Shown here one piece after another: positions 47,254-57,390 of a stretch of 64,000 bases of DNA. This stretch comes from a virus (Duplodnaviria > Caudoviricetes), in IMG/VR virus record IMGVR_UViG_3300037440_000315, positions 1 to 64,000 of that record; one strand, 5' to 3'. A program made the translations under genes and the position numbers. The first letter of the stretch is position 1. Each line of letters starts with the position of its first letter. The notes below the pieces were generated by a model that was given only the letters and a program-made list of their open reading frames with translations, was not told the DNA's origin and made no database searches.

Positions 47254-47581
47254 CGGTATGCTCCTTGAAGTGTTCGGGTTTGAGCGTGAGAAGCTTGGTG
47301 ATCTGCTGGCCGACCGAACGCCGACCATCGACGAACGCGGCAATCCGGCCTGATGGATCATTCGGCACGAACGTCAGTTCGTATGTCTGTGCCGCCTTGT
47401 AGATGATCCAGTCCAGCGAGCGCTTGACATCTTCCGGGCCGGGAACGAGATGCTTGTATTTCGGATCGTCGGCGGCTTTGGCGTACAGCGCGAGCGATTG
47501 CAGCGCACGGATGTCCTTCTCGTCGTATAGAGCTGGTTGCCAGATTTCGCGCTTTGGAGCGCGCGAGGGCTTGTCTTTCAT
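47198..47581 (-). CDS. Bbp19-like head-associated protein
   Basis: LDWII..A, AF.DGRRSVGQQI; located after the portal. Confidence 0.65.
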   Translation of the reverse strand: MKDKPSRAPKREIWQPALYDEKDIRALQSLALYAKAADDPKYKHLVPGPEDVKRSLDWIIYKAAQTYELTFVPNDPSGRIAAFVDGRRSVGQQITKLLTLKPEHFKEHTDGGSLRQDARRQENDGQG

Positions 47582-47692
47582 CTAATTCCTGATAATCTCC
47601 GCAGTTGGCGACACCTGCCAAGCAGCCTAGGTAATGCAAAGTGGTGTGACAGGGGCAGCGGGCGCTTCCGTGGGCGAGAGAGCCAGCCTCAG

Positions 47693-49348
47693 CTATTGCG
47701 CCATAGCCTGCTGAACATTCGCGCCGGCCGTCGCCACCGCATCAACGCCGCGTCCGGCCTGCTCGGCCACGCCGCCGGCGGCAGCGATCTCTTCCATCAC
47801 CTTCGCGGCCTGGGCTTCCTGCTCCATCTGCGCCCGGCGCTCCATGACGGCTTCCTTCGGCTTGAACCAGTCAGCCTTCCACCCCTTGGAGCGCATGGCG
47901 TCCCGAGTGGCCTTCTCCATGTCGACAACTTCGGCCAGAGACGGGTCCATCTGTACCGCCGGAGCCCAGATCGTATCGCGGACGTCCAGATAGATATCCG
48001 CCTCGTTCTGCTCGGCCAGTTCATCGAGCGGCGAGCGGAACTTGAACTTGATGTCGTGTTCCTGCAAAGCTTCCGGCATCATGTCGATCGGGAACGCGCC
48101 TTCCGCCATCAGCAGGTTGAACACGCCGTCACACAGCGGATGCAGATATTCCTTCTGGATCGGCTTGGAAATCGGCGAAGCCGCCCGGATATGCTCCTGG
48201 ATGCGCCGACGGACTTCCGTTGCCGTCATCTGATGCGTGATTTCAGGAAGCTGGATCTTGTCGAGGAAGAACGCGTTGCGAATATCTTCCTTCAGCGCGG
48301 TAGCGATCTCCATCCCGATCGGAAACCCGGTTGAGTTCTGGGTGATAGGACGCAGGACTTCGCCGAGACGCTCGTCATATTCGATGTCGGCGATCGTGAT
48401 GCCGCCGGGATAGAGCGCAATGTCATTGCGGATCGCGTCGCCGATGGCGATCAGCGGCGGATTGACGTAGCTTTCGCCGGCCTCGCGCAACGTGCGCATG
48501 ACGACCTGGATGGTGCGTCCGTCTGGAAGCGCGATATCCGTCACCATCGAGGTGCCGATCGCTGAATTAGCGGCAGGACGCCAGCGGGGAACTACAAAAG
48601 GAAAATAGTTTTGCCCCACTTCCTCAAGGACAGTCTGCGTGTCTCGCTCTACATAAAGCGAGACATAGGGGTAGCGTCTCCCCAGCTTTGATTTATAATC
48701 ATAAAGGCGCGCGGGGAGGACAGCGCGTCGGCACGCGAATTCCTTTTCCGGTTCCTTTTCAAGCGCCTTTTCGACTTCCTTCGAAACCTTGTTCCCGAAT
48801 TGCTGCTTTAGCTGCCTTGCGGTGGGATTCCAGTTCAGGTGAAAGCAATCAACCTTCCTGTTGGCATTTCTCGACCATGCGCTGTCCCACAATGGATGGT
48901 TCTGGAAGAGTAGTGACGTACCGTCCGAATCCTTCCCGAATTCAATGACGCCATTGCCGAAGGTCACGAAATCACGGCTGGTTTCTCCCCTGGCTCCGAT
49001 CAGATCAGCCACTGGGTCCGTCATCGCCCGCATCTGGATATCGGTGAGTAGTTCGAGAAAGCGGCGATTCTGATCGTCCTCATCCATATCTTCATCGTCG
49101 ACATGGATCGAGAAGAACTCGTTCGGGAACAGGAACTCGTCCAGCATATTGCTGAGTTCGCGATGTGCGAGCACTGGATATGACGAATAAAGGTGTTGTG
49201 CGAACTCTTCCCCATCGCCACGCTTTTCGGTAAACTCAGCGCGCTCGGGATCGAAATTCAGCGCCAGCTCTTGCCACAGCTCATTGACATTGCCGCGGTT
49301 GAACTGACGATCCCCAATTTGGAGGACGTCTCTTGCTCTTTGATCCAT
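47693..49348 (-). CDS. Portal protein (head-tail connector)
   Basis: WQELA..F.P.RAEF, PFVVPRW, ALPD, MTATEV..R. Confidence 0.9.
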   Translation of the reverse strand: MDQRARDVLQIGDRQFNRGNVNELWQELALNFDPERAEFTEKRGDGEEFAQHLYSSYPVLAHRELSNMLDEFLFPNEFFSIHVDDEDMDEDDQNRRFLELLTDIQMRAMTDPVADLIGARGETSRDFVTFGNGVIEFGKDSDGTSLLFQNHPLWDSAWSRNANRKVDCFHLNWNPTARQLKQQFGNKVSKEVEKALEKEPEKEFACRRAVLPARLYDYKSKLGRRYPYVSLYVERDTQTVLEEVGQNYFPFVVPRWRPAANSAIGTSMVTDIALPDGRTIQVVMRTLREAGESYVNPPLIAIGDAIRNDIALYPGGITIADIEYDERLGEVLRPITQNSTGFPIGMEIATALKEDIRNAFFLDKIQLPEITHQMTATEVRRRIQEHIRAASPISKPIQKEYLHPLCDGVFNLLMAEGAFPIDMMPEALQEHDIKFKFRSPLDELAEQNEADIYLDVRDTIWAPAVQMDPSLAEVVDMEKATRDAMRSKGWKADWFKPKEAVMERRAQMEQEAQAAKVMEEIAAAGGVAEQAGRGVDAVATAGANVQQAMAQ

Positions 49349-49354
49349 GTGGAT

Positions 49355-49555
49355 TTAAGCGCCCAGCTTCTGCCCGCTGGAGCCGACGACGCTGCTGGTC
49401 TGGTCAGTCAGGATCGTGGACAGCCTGCCTTTGCGTTTGAGTGCGGATTCGCGTGTGCGGCGGGATGCTGCCTCGACGTCTGGATCGGTCGCCGTCGGCA
49501 TGCGGACGGGTTTTGGTGGCTCCGGGGCTTTCGGGGATTTAAAGAGCGATGTCAA
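49355..49555 (-). CDS. Small pre-portal protein
   Basis: Pro-rich; R.GRLSTILT...KLG motif. Confidence 0.7.
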   Translation of the reverse strand: MTSLFKSPKAPEPPKPVRMPTATDPDVEAASRRTRESALKRKGRLSTILTDQTSSVVGSSGQKLGA

Positions 49556-49556
49556 T

Positions 49557-51122
49557 TCAGTGTCTCCTGCGGGTTTGAGATGTTATGACTTTCGGGGCGC
49601 GCTTCGCGGCGCGGGAAGCCTTGTGCAGTTCGCGCGTGATGACGGACTGGCCTTCGACAAGGCACATGACGACAACGTCGCCTTTGCCTGTCGACCGCCC
49701 GAGGCGCTTGCGAATATCGTCCTTCGACTCGATCTGAATGCCTTGCGTCGTCAGTTTCCACTGCGGTGCGGCAAGATCAGCGCGAACTTCAGCGCCTGGC
49801 GGCAGCGCGATCACCGATCCGCCTTCCTGATCGGGATCAAGCTCTTCGCGCATGCGCCACCAGACTTCGGCGCGCTTGTTATAAAAGCCGAGCTTGCCGT
49901 CCTTCGTCTTCGCCTGCGTTTCCCTTGCGCCGTTGAAGCCGTGATGCCGGATACCATTGTCATCAAGACGGAGCGTCACAGCGCCGCCGTAGCCACCGCC
50001 AACATCGACGATTACCGGCGCATCAGCCCGGCGATGCGCTACGATGACGCCAGCGGCCCGTGAGCCGTCTTTTGTCTCGACGCCCTTGGCAGTCACCGGC
50101 TCGGCAAACCAGCCGCCATGACGCCAGATTAGCTCTTCAGCGTCGGATCCGCCGCCAGCCGGATCAAACGCCATTGCCGTCATCAGGAATTTCTGAAAGC
50201 CATCGGGTTTCCAGCGTTCCTGCGCGGCGAGTATCCAAGCCATCGGGATGACCTGAAACGGATTATCCTTGATCGCGGCGTCGAAACGTCCATCCTTGTA
50301 GGCAGCGCGCAGTTCAGCAGGCAATGCTGCAAGGACCGATGCGTAATTGGTCTCTGACAGATCAGGATTGTCCGCAAGCTCGGCTGGAATGAACGTGCGC
50401 GAGCGCGCCATGATCTGCTCGCCGTCGATCAGGTGCGGGCCCGGACCGTCAACTTCAGCATCCTCGCCGTTAATCGTCGTGAACCAGCGCAACTCGCCTG
50501 GCTTTGCGGGGTTTGGATGATGCGGATCGACCCACGGAGCCCAGTATTTGAGCACCCAAAGGCCTTCGGGATCGGTCGGCGGATTTCCGGCGGCGACAAC
50601 GCGGCACCGTTGTTTCTTGTCGCTCGACCGGTTCCAACCTATGATAAATCGGTACTGTGTTTCGGTGAAATCCGAAATCTCATCGAAACCTAGAAAATCG
50701 TGCGGCGTCCCCTTGTAAGATTGCTTGTCGTCTTCATGCTGACATCCGCCGATATCGATGATTTTGCCGTCAGCAAATCGCCAGATCGACTTTTGCCCGT
50801 TCCAGCCCTCGCGATCGCCGATCACCTCTTCGTAGCGCTCGACCAGCTTGCCGGCTTCTTTGTTCGTGCGCCTGAGCACGAGAGAACGCTTATGCTGTGT
50901 AAGCGACAGCCCGACGATCATATCCGTCTTGCCGCCGCCTGCTTGGCCGCCGTAGAATAGCTCGTCAGCCTCGCTGTAGTAAGCCTTCGTTTGTGGGCCG
51001 GGGTTCGGCTGCCATACTTGACCAGCAAGTTCGCGTGCTGCCTGTTGCTTCAGGCGCGTGAGATCCTTTGGAGGAAGCTTGTTGACCCGCTCCAGTAACT
51101 CGTCCAACAATCCTGTTGACAT
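49557..51122 (-). CDS. terL: Terminase large subunit
   Basis: YGGQAGGGKT (Walker A), FLGFDEI (Walker B), GNPP, FDPAGGG.D nuclease, ESKDDIRKRLGRS. Confidence 0.92.
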   Translation of the reverse strand: MSTGLLDELLERVNKLPPKDLTRLKQQAARELAGQVWQPNPGPQTKAYYSEADELFYGGQAGGGKTDMIVGLSLTQHKRSLVLRRTNKEAGKLVERYEEVIGDREGWNGQKSIWRFADGKIIDIGGCQHEDDKQSYKGTPHDFLGFDEISDFTETQYRFIIGWNRSSDKKQRCRVVAAGNPPTDPEGLWVLKYWAPWVDPHHPNPAKPGELRWFTTINGEDAEVDGPGPHLIDGEQIMARSRTFIPAELADNPDLSETNYASVLAALPAELRAAYKDGRFDAAIKDNPFQVIPMAWILAAQERWKPDGFQKFLMTAMAFDPAGGGSDAEELIWRHGGWFAEPVTAKGVETKDGSRAAGVIVAHRRADAPVIVDVGGGYGGAVTLRLDDNGIRHHGFNGARETQAKTKDGKLGFYNKRAEVWWRMREELDPDQEGGSVIALPPGAEVRADLAAPQWKLTTQGIQIESKDDIRKRLGRSTGKGDVVVMCLVEGQSVITRELHKASRAAKRAPKVITSQTRRRH

Positions 51123-51676
51123 TATTCGTCGGGCGAAGCCGCTTTTTCAAGCTTGTGAGCAAGCCAGCGGGCGAAGTCACGATCACTGACGTCAGAAACT
51201 TCAAGTGCGCCGCCGTCTTTGCCTGTCAGTTCGTTCTTGTCGGCAAGGCCGAGATCGCGCGATATTATATTGGCGTTCAGAAGGTCGGCAGCCGCGCCGG
51301 CAAACTTCTGCGAATAGATGATCTCTTCGGTTCGCGTGATGACGCTAGATAAATCGGGTCGGCTCTTCTTCCACTCGTTCCATGTGACGGCTGTTACATC
51401 AAGAAAGATGCAAAGCCCGGCTGTAGTCATGGCACGCATTTTCGCGACGGGCTCATGTGTCGCTGATCCCTGAAACGTTACGAGCCGATCTTCCCAAAGC
51501 GGATGTTCTTCAACCCACTGGAAATACTCACAGCAGGCACGCCACAACTCTTCAGGCCCGGCGAACTTTGGATTTGGGCCAGCGCTTGATCTGGCTTCCC
51601 AAAAGCGGTTGCCCGGCAGGAAGCGGCCAGTCTTCTCGTCACGTCCGCTGCCGTCGTCAAGCTCAGGCATTTGCAC
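51122..51676 (-). CDS. terS: Terminase small subunit (P22 gp3-like)
   Basis: [46 protein letters not shown]. Confidence 0.9.
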   Translation of the reverse strand: MQMPELDDGSGRDEKTGRFLPGNRFWEARSSAGPNPKFAGPEELWRACCEYFQWVEEHPLWEDRLVTFQGSATHEPVAKMRAMTTAGLCIFLDVTAVTWNEWKKSRPDLSSVITRTEEIIYSQKFAGAAADLLNANIISRDLGLADKNELTGKDGGALEVSDVSDRDFARWLAHKLEKAASPDE

Positions 51677-51974
51677 TCACACGCAGTTTGCGCATTCCTT
51701 CACGGGCACGCTGACGGTTGATGTCGGGATTGGCTTTGCGCCATTTGGCTTGATGTGTTGCGTTGCGTGTTAATAATAGCGGCTTCTCAGGGTGATTATT
51801 AACATTCGCTGTCATACATCCGCCGACCGAACCACCATAAATGACCTGCTTTGCAAAGCCCGGCATTGGCACGCAGCGATGCATCCTGCCGACGAGATCC
51901 ATATCGCGTCCGCAGTCAGGGCAGAACTTTTCCTGCTTTATGGTGAGGTTGGGCTTAGGAGTTGGCACGAGCAC
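51663..51974 (-). CDS. Hypothetical protein
   Basis: CPDCG motif; operon position. Confidence 0.5.
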   Translation of the reverse strand: MLVPTPKPNLTIKQEKFCPDCGRDMDLVGRMHRCVPMPGFAKQVIYGGSVGGCMTANVNNHPEKPLLLTRNATHQAKWRKANPDINRQRAREGMRKLRVSANA

Positions 51975-52761
51975 AAGTTCCGTAGATGATGGCGTCAGAG
52001 TGCAATACCGTGCACGGCGTTACAACAGCATTGCGATGCCAGATGACAGCCATGCACGGCATGAGCGTATTATCGTATTTCCAGTTGATGCCCATAAACA
52101 TCATGCTTTCGGTAGCGCTGGGCCAGCCGAAAGCACCGAGACACTCATCAGGATTGATTTCTCGTTCTGCCATTGCATGGTGGAGTCTGCTCAAAAGCTC
52201 GCTCTGGCTATCGGCCTGCACATCGATCTTTACTGTAACAATGGCGTTGCCGAATTTATCGGTTTTTTCGCCGGGGGCCGGCACTCTGCCGACTAGGAAA
52301 TCACAGCTCGGATCGGTTTTCTCCGCAATCGTCAGACTTGGCGGATCGACAGAGTTTACCGCAAGATATTGCTTGGCGCGCTCGTAAGCCTCGTGAAAAT
52401 GCCTCTCCGCTTGCAACACGCTGTAGGGCTTTCCGATAATGGTTGTCTTTGCTGCCTCGTCATCGATGTATATAGTTCCCTCAGGCGTTATGTGCGGGTA
52501 AACGCGCTTCAGAACGGGGCCGAGATGCTCATCGTATTTGGCATCCGCCAAGGTAACGCAGAACATTGAATCCTGATTTTCTTCCTGCTCAAAAACTTCT
52601 TTCATGGCGCGTAAGATCGGTGTTTCGCCAGCATATTCACACAACGCCATCTCGACTTCCCGCTCGATATCTGATTTCAGAATGGCGGAGCCGCGGCAGA
52701 GTTCCATGCGGTCGAATATGCGAGCTGCGTATGTGGCAGCGATTTCCTTGATATCAGGCAT
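51955..52761 (-). CDS. Hypothetical protein
   Basis: GGAGGAG RBS; long ORF. Confidence 0.6.
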   Translation of the reverse strand: MPDIKEIAATYAARIFDRMELCRGSAILKSDIEREVEMALCEYAGETPILRAMKEVFEQEENQDSMFCVTLADAKYDEHLGPVLKRVYPHITPEGTIYIDDEAAKTTIIGKPYSVLQAERHFHEAYERAKQYLAVNSVDPPSLTIAEKTDPSCDFLVGRVPAPGEKTDKFGNAIVTVKIDVQADSQSELLSRLHHAMAEREINPDECLGAFGWPSATESMMFMGINWKYDNTLMPCMAVIWHRNAVVTPCTVLHSDAIIYGTCARANS

Positions 52762-52981
52762 TGCGCTCCTCCATTCGAGCGAGGCCAAAACTTGGCCCTT
52801 GCTCCGTGGCCGCTGCGAATTCGATCTTGTCCATACGCAGTCTATGGATTTCGTCTTGCGCCGCCCATAGACGGTCAAGCAGGCGCTCGTTGGCTTCACA
52901 CATGCGAAGGACGACATTCGTCAGGATGTCATTTGCCTTGAACATGTCGGCAAGCTGGTCGTCCTTTGAGCGTTCAGTCAT
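52754..52981 (-). CDS. Coiled-coil hypothetical protein
   Basis: Coupled ORF. Confidence 0.55.
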   Translation of the reverse strand: MTERSKDDQLADMFKANDILTNVVLRMCEANERLLDRLWAAQDEIHRLRMDKIEFAAATEQGPSFGLARMEERNA

Positions 52982-53169
52982 GCGCCAGTTCCGAGTTGCT
53001 TGAGTTTGCTGTCACCCGTGCTCTCGCCATATGCACCGCCGGCAATCGTTGATGCGGCAGGCGATTTCTTCTTCGATTTGAACTGATCGGAGGCCATCCC
53101 TATCAATCCCTGAGGTTTGTTCACCATCGAGGCGATTCCCCCAGTTGGCAGGCTTGCTAAACCACTCAT
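52978..53169 (-). CDS. Small Gly/Ser-rich protein
   Basis: AAGGA RBS. Confidence 0.5.
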   Translation of the reverse strand: MSGLASLPTGGIASMVNKPQGLIGMASDQFKSKKKSPAASTIAGGAYGESTGDSKLKQLGTGA

Positions 53170-53209
53170 GCTGCGATCCTTTGAGACTTTATCTGGCGCC
53201 AATCTTCCC

Positions 53210-53536
53210 TTATTCTGTCGATGTCGCCAAGCGCGCGATGATATAATCATCCACCGCCCGATCAATCGGATCTATGAATTTACTTGGCACATGATCACCA
53301 GAATACCCTAAGATCAGACCGCACATCGGAGCTTGGTTATTGATGTCACTCTCCAACGCAAGCACGAAATCGGAGTCCCCATCATGCATTTGAGACTCAA
53401 GATCCTGAAAGAACTTCTCCAGTCGCTCTGACAGGCTGGGTTCGTGTCCAACCGACCAGCCAATGCCGTACTGCTTTGCGATTGTTATCGTCTTGCCTGT
53501 AGGGCGATGTATTAGATACATGCGGTTATTGGCCAT
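53210..53536 (-). CDS. Hypothetical protein
   Basis: MANNRMYL...AK..G.GW motif. Confidence 0.6.
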   Translation of the reverse strand: MANNRMYLIHRPTGKTITIAKQYGIGWSVGHEPSLSERLEKFFQDLESQMHDGDSDFVLALESDINNQAPMCGLILGYSGDHVPSKFIDPIDRAVDDYIIARLATSTE

Positions 53537-54041
53537 TGATGAGCTTCCAATCCTGTTCGAGGCGGTGGATGTCAGCTTCGTTCATGCCGTTGGTGATGAA
53601 GTCACGCCCCCATGACGGAGCCCACACATATTGTGGTTGTCTCGTCACCGGGACAACATCAATCCCAAGAGCGAGAGCGCAAGCAAGCCGGTGAGCGCCT
53701 CCGAGAAGCTCTCCATCAGGATCAATCGGAATGGCATGAGCGAGATCAAATCCCTTATTCACCATTGATACTAGCAGATTTCGGCAGTCTGCAACATACT
53801 GGTCGCTGCCGGATTTACTGTCCATCCCCAGATTGATCTTTGCGTTGGCGGCCTTGCGAGCGGATAGATGCCAGCGGTAAATCCGTTCGCTGTCAGGATC
53901 ATCCCCGGTGCACAAATGACGAAAGAACCGCCACTTCACTGCAATGTCGGCTCTACGCAGCGTGACGAGCTGTCTCGTCGGCAAATGTAAGTAGCTGCTT
54001 GCGGGATTCGTTTGGCGACTGGTGTTCAACATCGATCTCAA
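53526..54041 (-). CDS. ParB/Srx-like domain protein
   Basis: SM...GFD...IPID..GELLGGAHRLACALALG...VPV. Confidence 0.65.
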   Translation of the reverse strand: MRSMLNTSRQTNPASSYLHLPTRQLVTLRRADIAVKWRFFRHLCTGDDPDSERIYRWHLSARKAANAKINLGMDSKSGSDQYVADCRNLLVSMVNKGFDLAHAIPIDPDGELLGGAHRLACALALGIDVVPVTRQPQYVWAPSWGRDFITNGMNEADIHRLEQDWKLINGQ

Positions 54042-54588
54042 TCATCGGGACGCCGCGAGCGGCGAGAACTTCCTTGGCGTATTCGATGGCCGGGATCATG
54101 GGGCCGATCTGAAAACAGCGATTTTCATGCTGAGTGGCCGCAACTTTCTCCCGCGCCTCGTTGCGCTCGAATATCGTCGTCAGGCTGGCTTTCAGGAACG
54201 CAACGCCGAGCGAGACCGGCATAAGCTCGTAGTAACGTTTCGTCTCTCTCAGATCGGCTCCCATGTCTACAAGACGCCAGCCGAAGCCCAAGCCGCGCTG
54301 GACAAAACCTGTCTGGATATAAGGCTTTGTGTCGTTGATCCGCGTGACGGTCGCCATTTTCTTCAGTGAGCGTTCGTTCATACGGATGACGGCTTGCAGC
54401 GTAGGCTGTCCGAAGCAGTTCTTGTGATCTTTCACCAACGAAACGAGCCGGTTGACTTCAGCGAGGAAGTCCTTCCATTCTTCCGGTGGCGGCAGGCCGT
54501 CCCAATCAGGCCATCGGTGATGATGGAAGTGGTCGCAGAGTGTGGACTTACCAGTGCCCGGTGGCGCGGCAACATCAAGCCAGTTCAC
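53953..54588 (-). CDS. P-loop kinase-like protein
   Basis: APPGTGKST (Walker A); L.AS....ER lid motif. Confidence 0.7.
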   Translation of the reverse strand: MNWLDVAAPPGTGKSTLCDHFHHHRWPDWDGLPPPEEWKDFLAEVNRLVSLVKDHKNCFGQPTLQAVIRMNERSLKKMATVTRINDTKPYIQTGFVQRGLGFGWRLVDMGADLRETKRYYELMPVSLGVAFLKASLTTIFERNEAREKVAATQHENRCFQIGPMIPAIEYAKEVLAARGVPMIEIDVEHQSPNESRKQLLTFADETARHAA

Positions 54589-54834
54589 CTAGCACTCCCA
54601 CTCGACAGACATCGCCTCAGTACGCTTGAGGTCATCTCTTTCCTGGTAACATTTCAGAAAAACGATTTTACCGTCCGGAGAGACCTTGTTCCGCAGGTTT
54701 TCCATTACCTTACGCATCATCAACGGAAGTTCGTCAAACGAGCCAACAGGGCCTGCGCCGCCGTTGTGTTTCCAAGCATCCAGCGTGCAACTTACTTTCC
54801 GACGAACTTTCTGGTCCATGTCACGCAGCCTCAT
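54589..54834 (-). CDS. Hypothetical protein
   Basis: Operon ORF. Confidence 0.5.
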   Translation of the reverse strand: MRLRDMDQKVRRKVSCTLDAWKHNGGAGPVGSFDELPLMMRKVMENLRNKVSPDGKIVFLKCYQERDDLKRTEAMSVEWEC

Positions 54835-55573
54835 ACGGGTCCATCACCCAAGCATCGTCAGACTTAGGCTGTGACACCTCGGCGGACTTGCGCTTGAAGA
54901 GAAATATGCGATAGGCTGGATCCTCGACCGGAGCTTCTGCCGGGCCGGACGCGCCGCACTCGCTGCGTTCGAGACGCCATTCCGGTGACATCACGGCTTC
55001 GAATAGTGCGAGGGGACGCGCGAATTGATGGTTGCAGACACGTGCCGTCAGAATGATGCGGTCGCGAGCAATGCGCTGCATTTCCTTGAACATTTGCTGG
55101 CATTCTTCCGGGGACAGACCGCGAGTAATGCGAATGCATAGCGCAGCATCGACCGATTTATCCGGTATGCCTGACGACAGGAGGTCGGCTTTCGTGAAGG
55201 CAATCTGAGGAACGTCTTCTGTCCTGCCGTCATGCGTATCGAATTTCAGAACCGGCGTTCTGCCGTCAGTTTTCGCTGACGCCTTACGGATCATGTCTTC
55301 GCTGATGTCAAGTCCGCGGTAGACAAGGTGATGATCGAGGCAGTATTTGAGGAACCGGCCGGAGCCGCAAGGCGCATCAAGAACCCACGATCCTGGCGGC
55401 AGATCGACCAGCATGTTCTCAATGACTTGTTGCTCGACTGTCCATTTGGCTTGTCCGGCCCTCTTATCATCGTAAAGATCAGCGACTTTGCCCTGATATT
55501 TGGTGCGCCAATCCGTGCCGCCGCCTTGCTGTGGCTGCTGGACTGGAGGGAGATACTGCATCTCGCCGATCAT
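54821..55573 (-). CDS. Class I SAM-dependent methyltransferase
   Basis: VLDAPCGSGR, GLDISEDM, ADL, D. Confidence 0.85.
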   Translation of the reverse strand: MIGEMQYLPPVQQPQQGGGTDWRTKYQGKVADLYDDKRAGQAKWTVEQQVIENMLVDLPPGSWVLDAPCGSGRFLKYCLDHHLVYRGLDISEDMIRKASAKTDGRTPVLKFDTHDGRTEDVPQIAFTKADLLSSGIPDKSVDAALCIRITRGLSPEECQQMFKEMQRIARDRIILTARVCNHQFARPLALFEAVMSPEWRLERSECGASGPAEAPVEDPAYRIFLFKRKSAEVSQPKSDDAWVMDPYEAA

Positions 55574-56235
55574 GCTGCTTTCCTGCGAATGGGTTTAAAC
55601 AAAGCTTCCTCCAATGGCCACCCGTTGTTCGCCATACGTTGTCGAACAATTTTGTATGGAACATTAGTTTCAGATCGCTCGACTGCTTCAGACAGCGGCA
55701 TCTTGTGTCCACTGTATGTTACGATCCTGCAGGATCGCCTATTCAAAGCTTGCTCTTTGGGCGTTGCCCAGCGGCAATTGCCCGGCTCGTAATTACCGTT
55801 GTTGCTCTCACGGTCGATCGTATGCCCAGTTGGGGGATGCCCCATATCCTCAAGAAAGTTCTCATATTTGTTCCAGCGCTCACAAACTGTGATCCCACGA
55901 CCACCATAGTCTGGATAATTGGAACTGTTTTCGTTCCGGCACCGTTGGTGCATAGCAGCCCAAACACGATATGCCCTTGATCTTCCTTTCTTCACTGAAG
56001 CTTGGCCGTGTTTCGTATGCTGCTCCGAAGAAAATTCGCGTCTATAACAACCACAACTTGTGCTTTTCCCAAGCTTTAACGGCTGACTTGTCTTGATGGT
56101 TTCCTGGCCACAATCACAGCGGCAAAGGTATTGCATCGACCTTTGGCCGCTCGGGTGATACTTAAAGCCTACTTCTCGCAAAACGAGCAACCGCCCGAAG
56201 CGATCCCCAACTATATCGATACGGCATCCGCTCAT
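55570..56235 (-). CDS. HNH homing endonuclease
   Basis: GDRFGRL, CRCDCG, SCGC, YGGRGITVCERW, TIDR..N.GNYEPGNCRWAT..EQ..N. Confidence 0.88.
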   Translation of the reverse strand: MSGCRIDIVGDRFGRLLVLREVGFKYHPSGQRSMQYLCRCDCGQETIKTSQPLKLGKSTSCGCYRREFSSEQHTKHGQASVKKGRSRAYRVWAAMHQRCRNENSSNYPDYGGRGITVCERWNKYENFLEDMGHPPTGHTIDRESNNGNYEPGNCRWATPKEQALNRRSCRIVTYSGHKMPLSEAVERSETNVPYKIVRQRMANNGWPLEEALFKPIRRKAA

Positions 56236-56981
56236 TTGTAAAATTCTTCCACCCAATTATGGGATTGACGCACTTCACCTTGGTCGGGCATTCTGTCGCC
56301 CGGAAACACCACGATCTTCGCATTCTCCGGAAGCTCTGATGGCACGCCACCGTCTGGCTTGCCGTCAAACAGCCTGCCAGCACCGTAGATGCCGTGTTCT
56401 GCCGTCCAGTGCGGCTCATCCCATCCCAGCCTTTCGCTGATCCACGCCTGTTCCATGCCGCCGAAACGGCGATTGGCGAGGCCGGGCGTGACGGCAGGGT
56501 CGAACTCGGTGTATAGGTAGCTGTGTACGCCTGCGTCGAATAGCTGGATCGAGCCCTGATAGAATGCGCGTCGACCGCTCGGCTGAAAATTCGGATTGCG
56601 GTACATGACATTCGGCTCATCGCGCCCGAATATGTCATCGACATTGCCGGTGATGACGATATCAAGATCGAGCAAGGCGATGCGTCGGCCGAGTATCCCG
56701 CCGATGTCCGGACGCCGCGCCATCAGTTTTACCGCACATGTTCCGGGGACATGTTTCGATTTGTCCAAAGGAACGCAGCGGATGCCTTCCTTGGCGAGCG
56801 TTTCGGCAGCTTCGCGGCTGTCGGTGATGACGACGAATTCGAAATCAAGTGACGTATTTCGCTTCAGCATGTTCCGAAGGATGATCGGATGCTGAGTTGT
56901 GAACTTGTAGCTGCGGCGGCGGGCCGGATCTTGCCACAGAAACGCAGCGAACGTGATAAAATCGTTTTTCATTGGCATCAA
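56232..56981 (-). CDS. GT-A-type glycosyltransferase (paralog 3)
   Basis: FVVITD, RIALLDLDIVITGNVD (DxD), RNP, EQ.W.S, LPENAKIV.FPG. Confidence 0.8.
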   Translation of the reverse strand: MMPMKNDFITFAAFLWQDPARRRSYKFTTQHPIILRNMLKRNTSLDFEFVVITDSREAAETLAKEGIRCVPLDKSKHVPGTCAVKLMARRPDIGGILGRRIALLDLDIVITGNVDDIFGRDEPNVMYRNPNFQPSGRRAFYQGSIQLFDAGVHSYLYTEFDPAVTPGLANRRFGGMEQAWISERLGWDEPHWTAEHGIYGAGRLFDGKPDGGVPSELPENAKIVVFPGDRMPDQGEVRQSHNWVEEFYK

Positions 56982-57373
56982 TGACGACCGATATACACTG
57001 GGCGTTGTCTGCCAAACTGTAAGACCATTGGTCCAACCGTCAGTACGAATATGTCCGTGCGTTTAAAACTTGGCCATTTCCAACGAAATGGAAGCAGAGA
57101 TATCATAATTTTAAAAAGGACAAAATTAACGAACGCGGATCCACCAATTCGCCTGATGCTAGCATCAGTTTTGACAAGCTCCGCTTTCACTGGCCCAAAT
57201 TCCAAATAGCGATGAATGAGATGACTGTCATCGCCATCGCGCCAGCGGAATTTTGCTACGCGAAGGGATCGCAGTTGTGGTGCAAGTGAAACCCTAAGAT
57301 TATTGCACATACCGGAAATGCCGAACCCTATGAAAGATTCAACAAACATTGGAGCTACTGCGGCATCACTCAT
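56978..57373 (-). CDS. Hypothetical protein (AT-richer insert)
   Basis: GGAGG RBS; lies between two GT genes. Confidence 0.45.
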   Translation of the reverse strand: MSDAAVAPMFVESFIGFGISGMCNNLRVSLAPQLRSLRVAKFRWRDGDDSHLIHRYLEFGPVKAELVKTDASIRRIGGSAFVNFVLFKIMISLLPFRWKWPSFKRTDIFVLTVGPMVLQFGRQRPVYIGRH

Positions 57374-57390
57374 GACAGATACGCCTCCAG

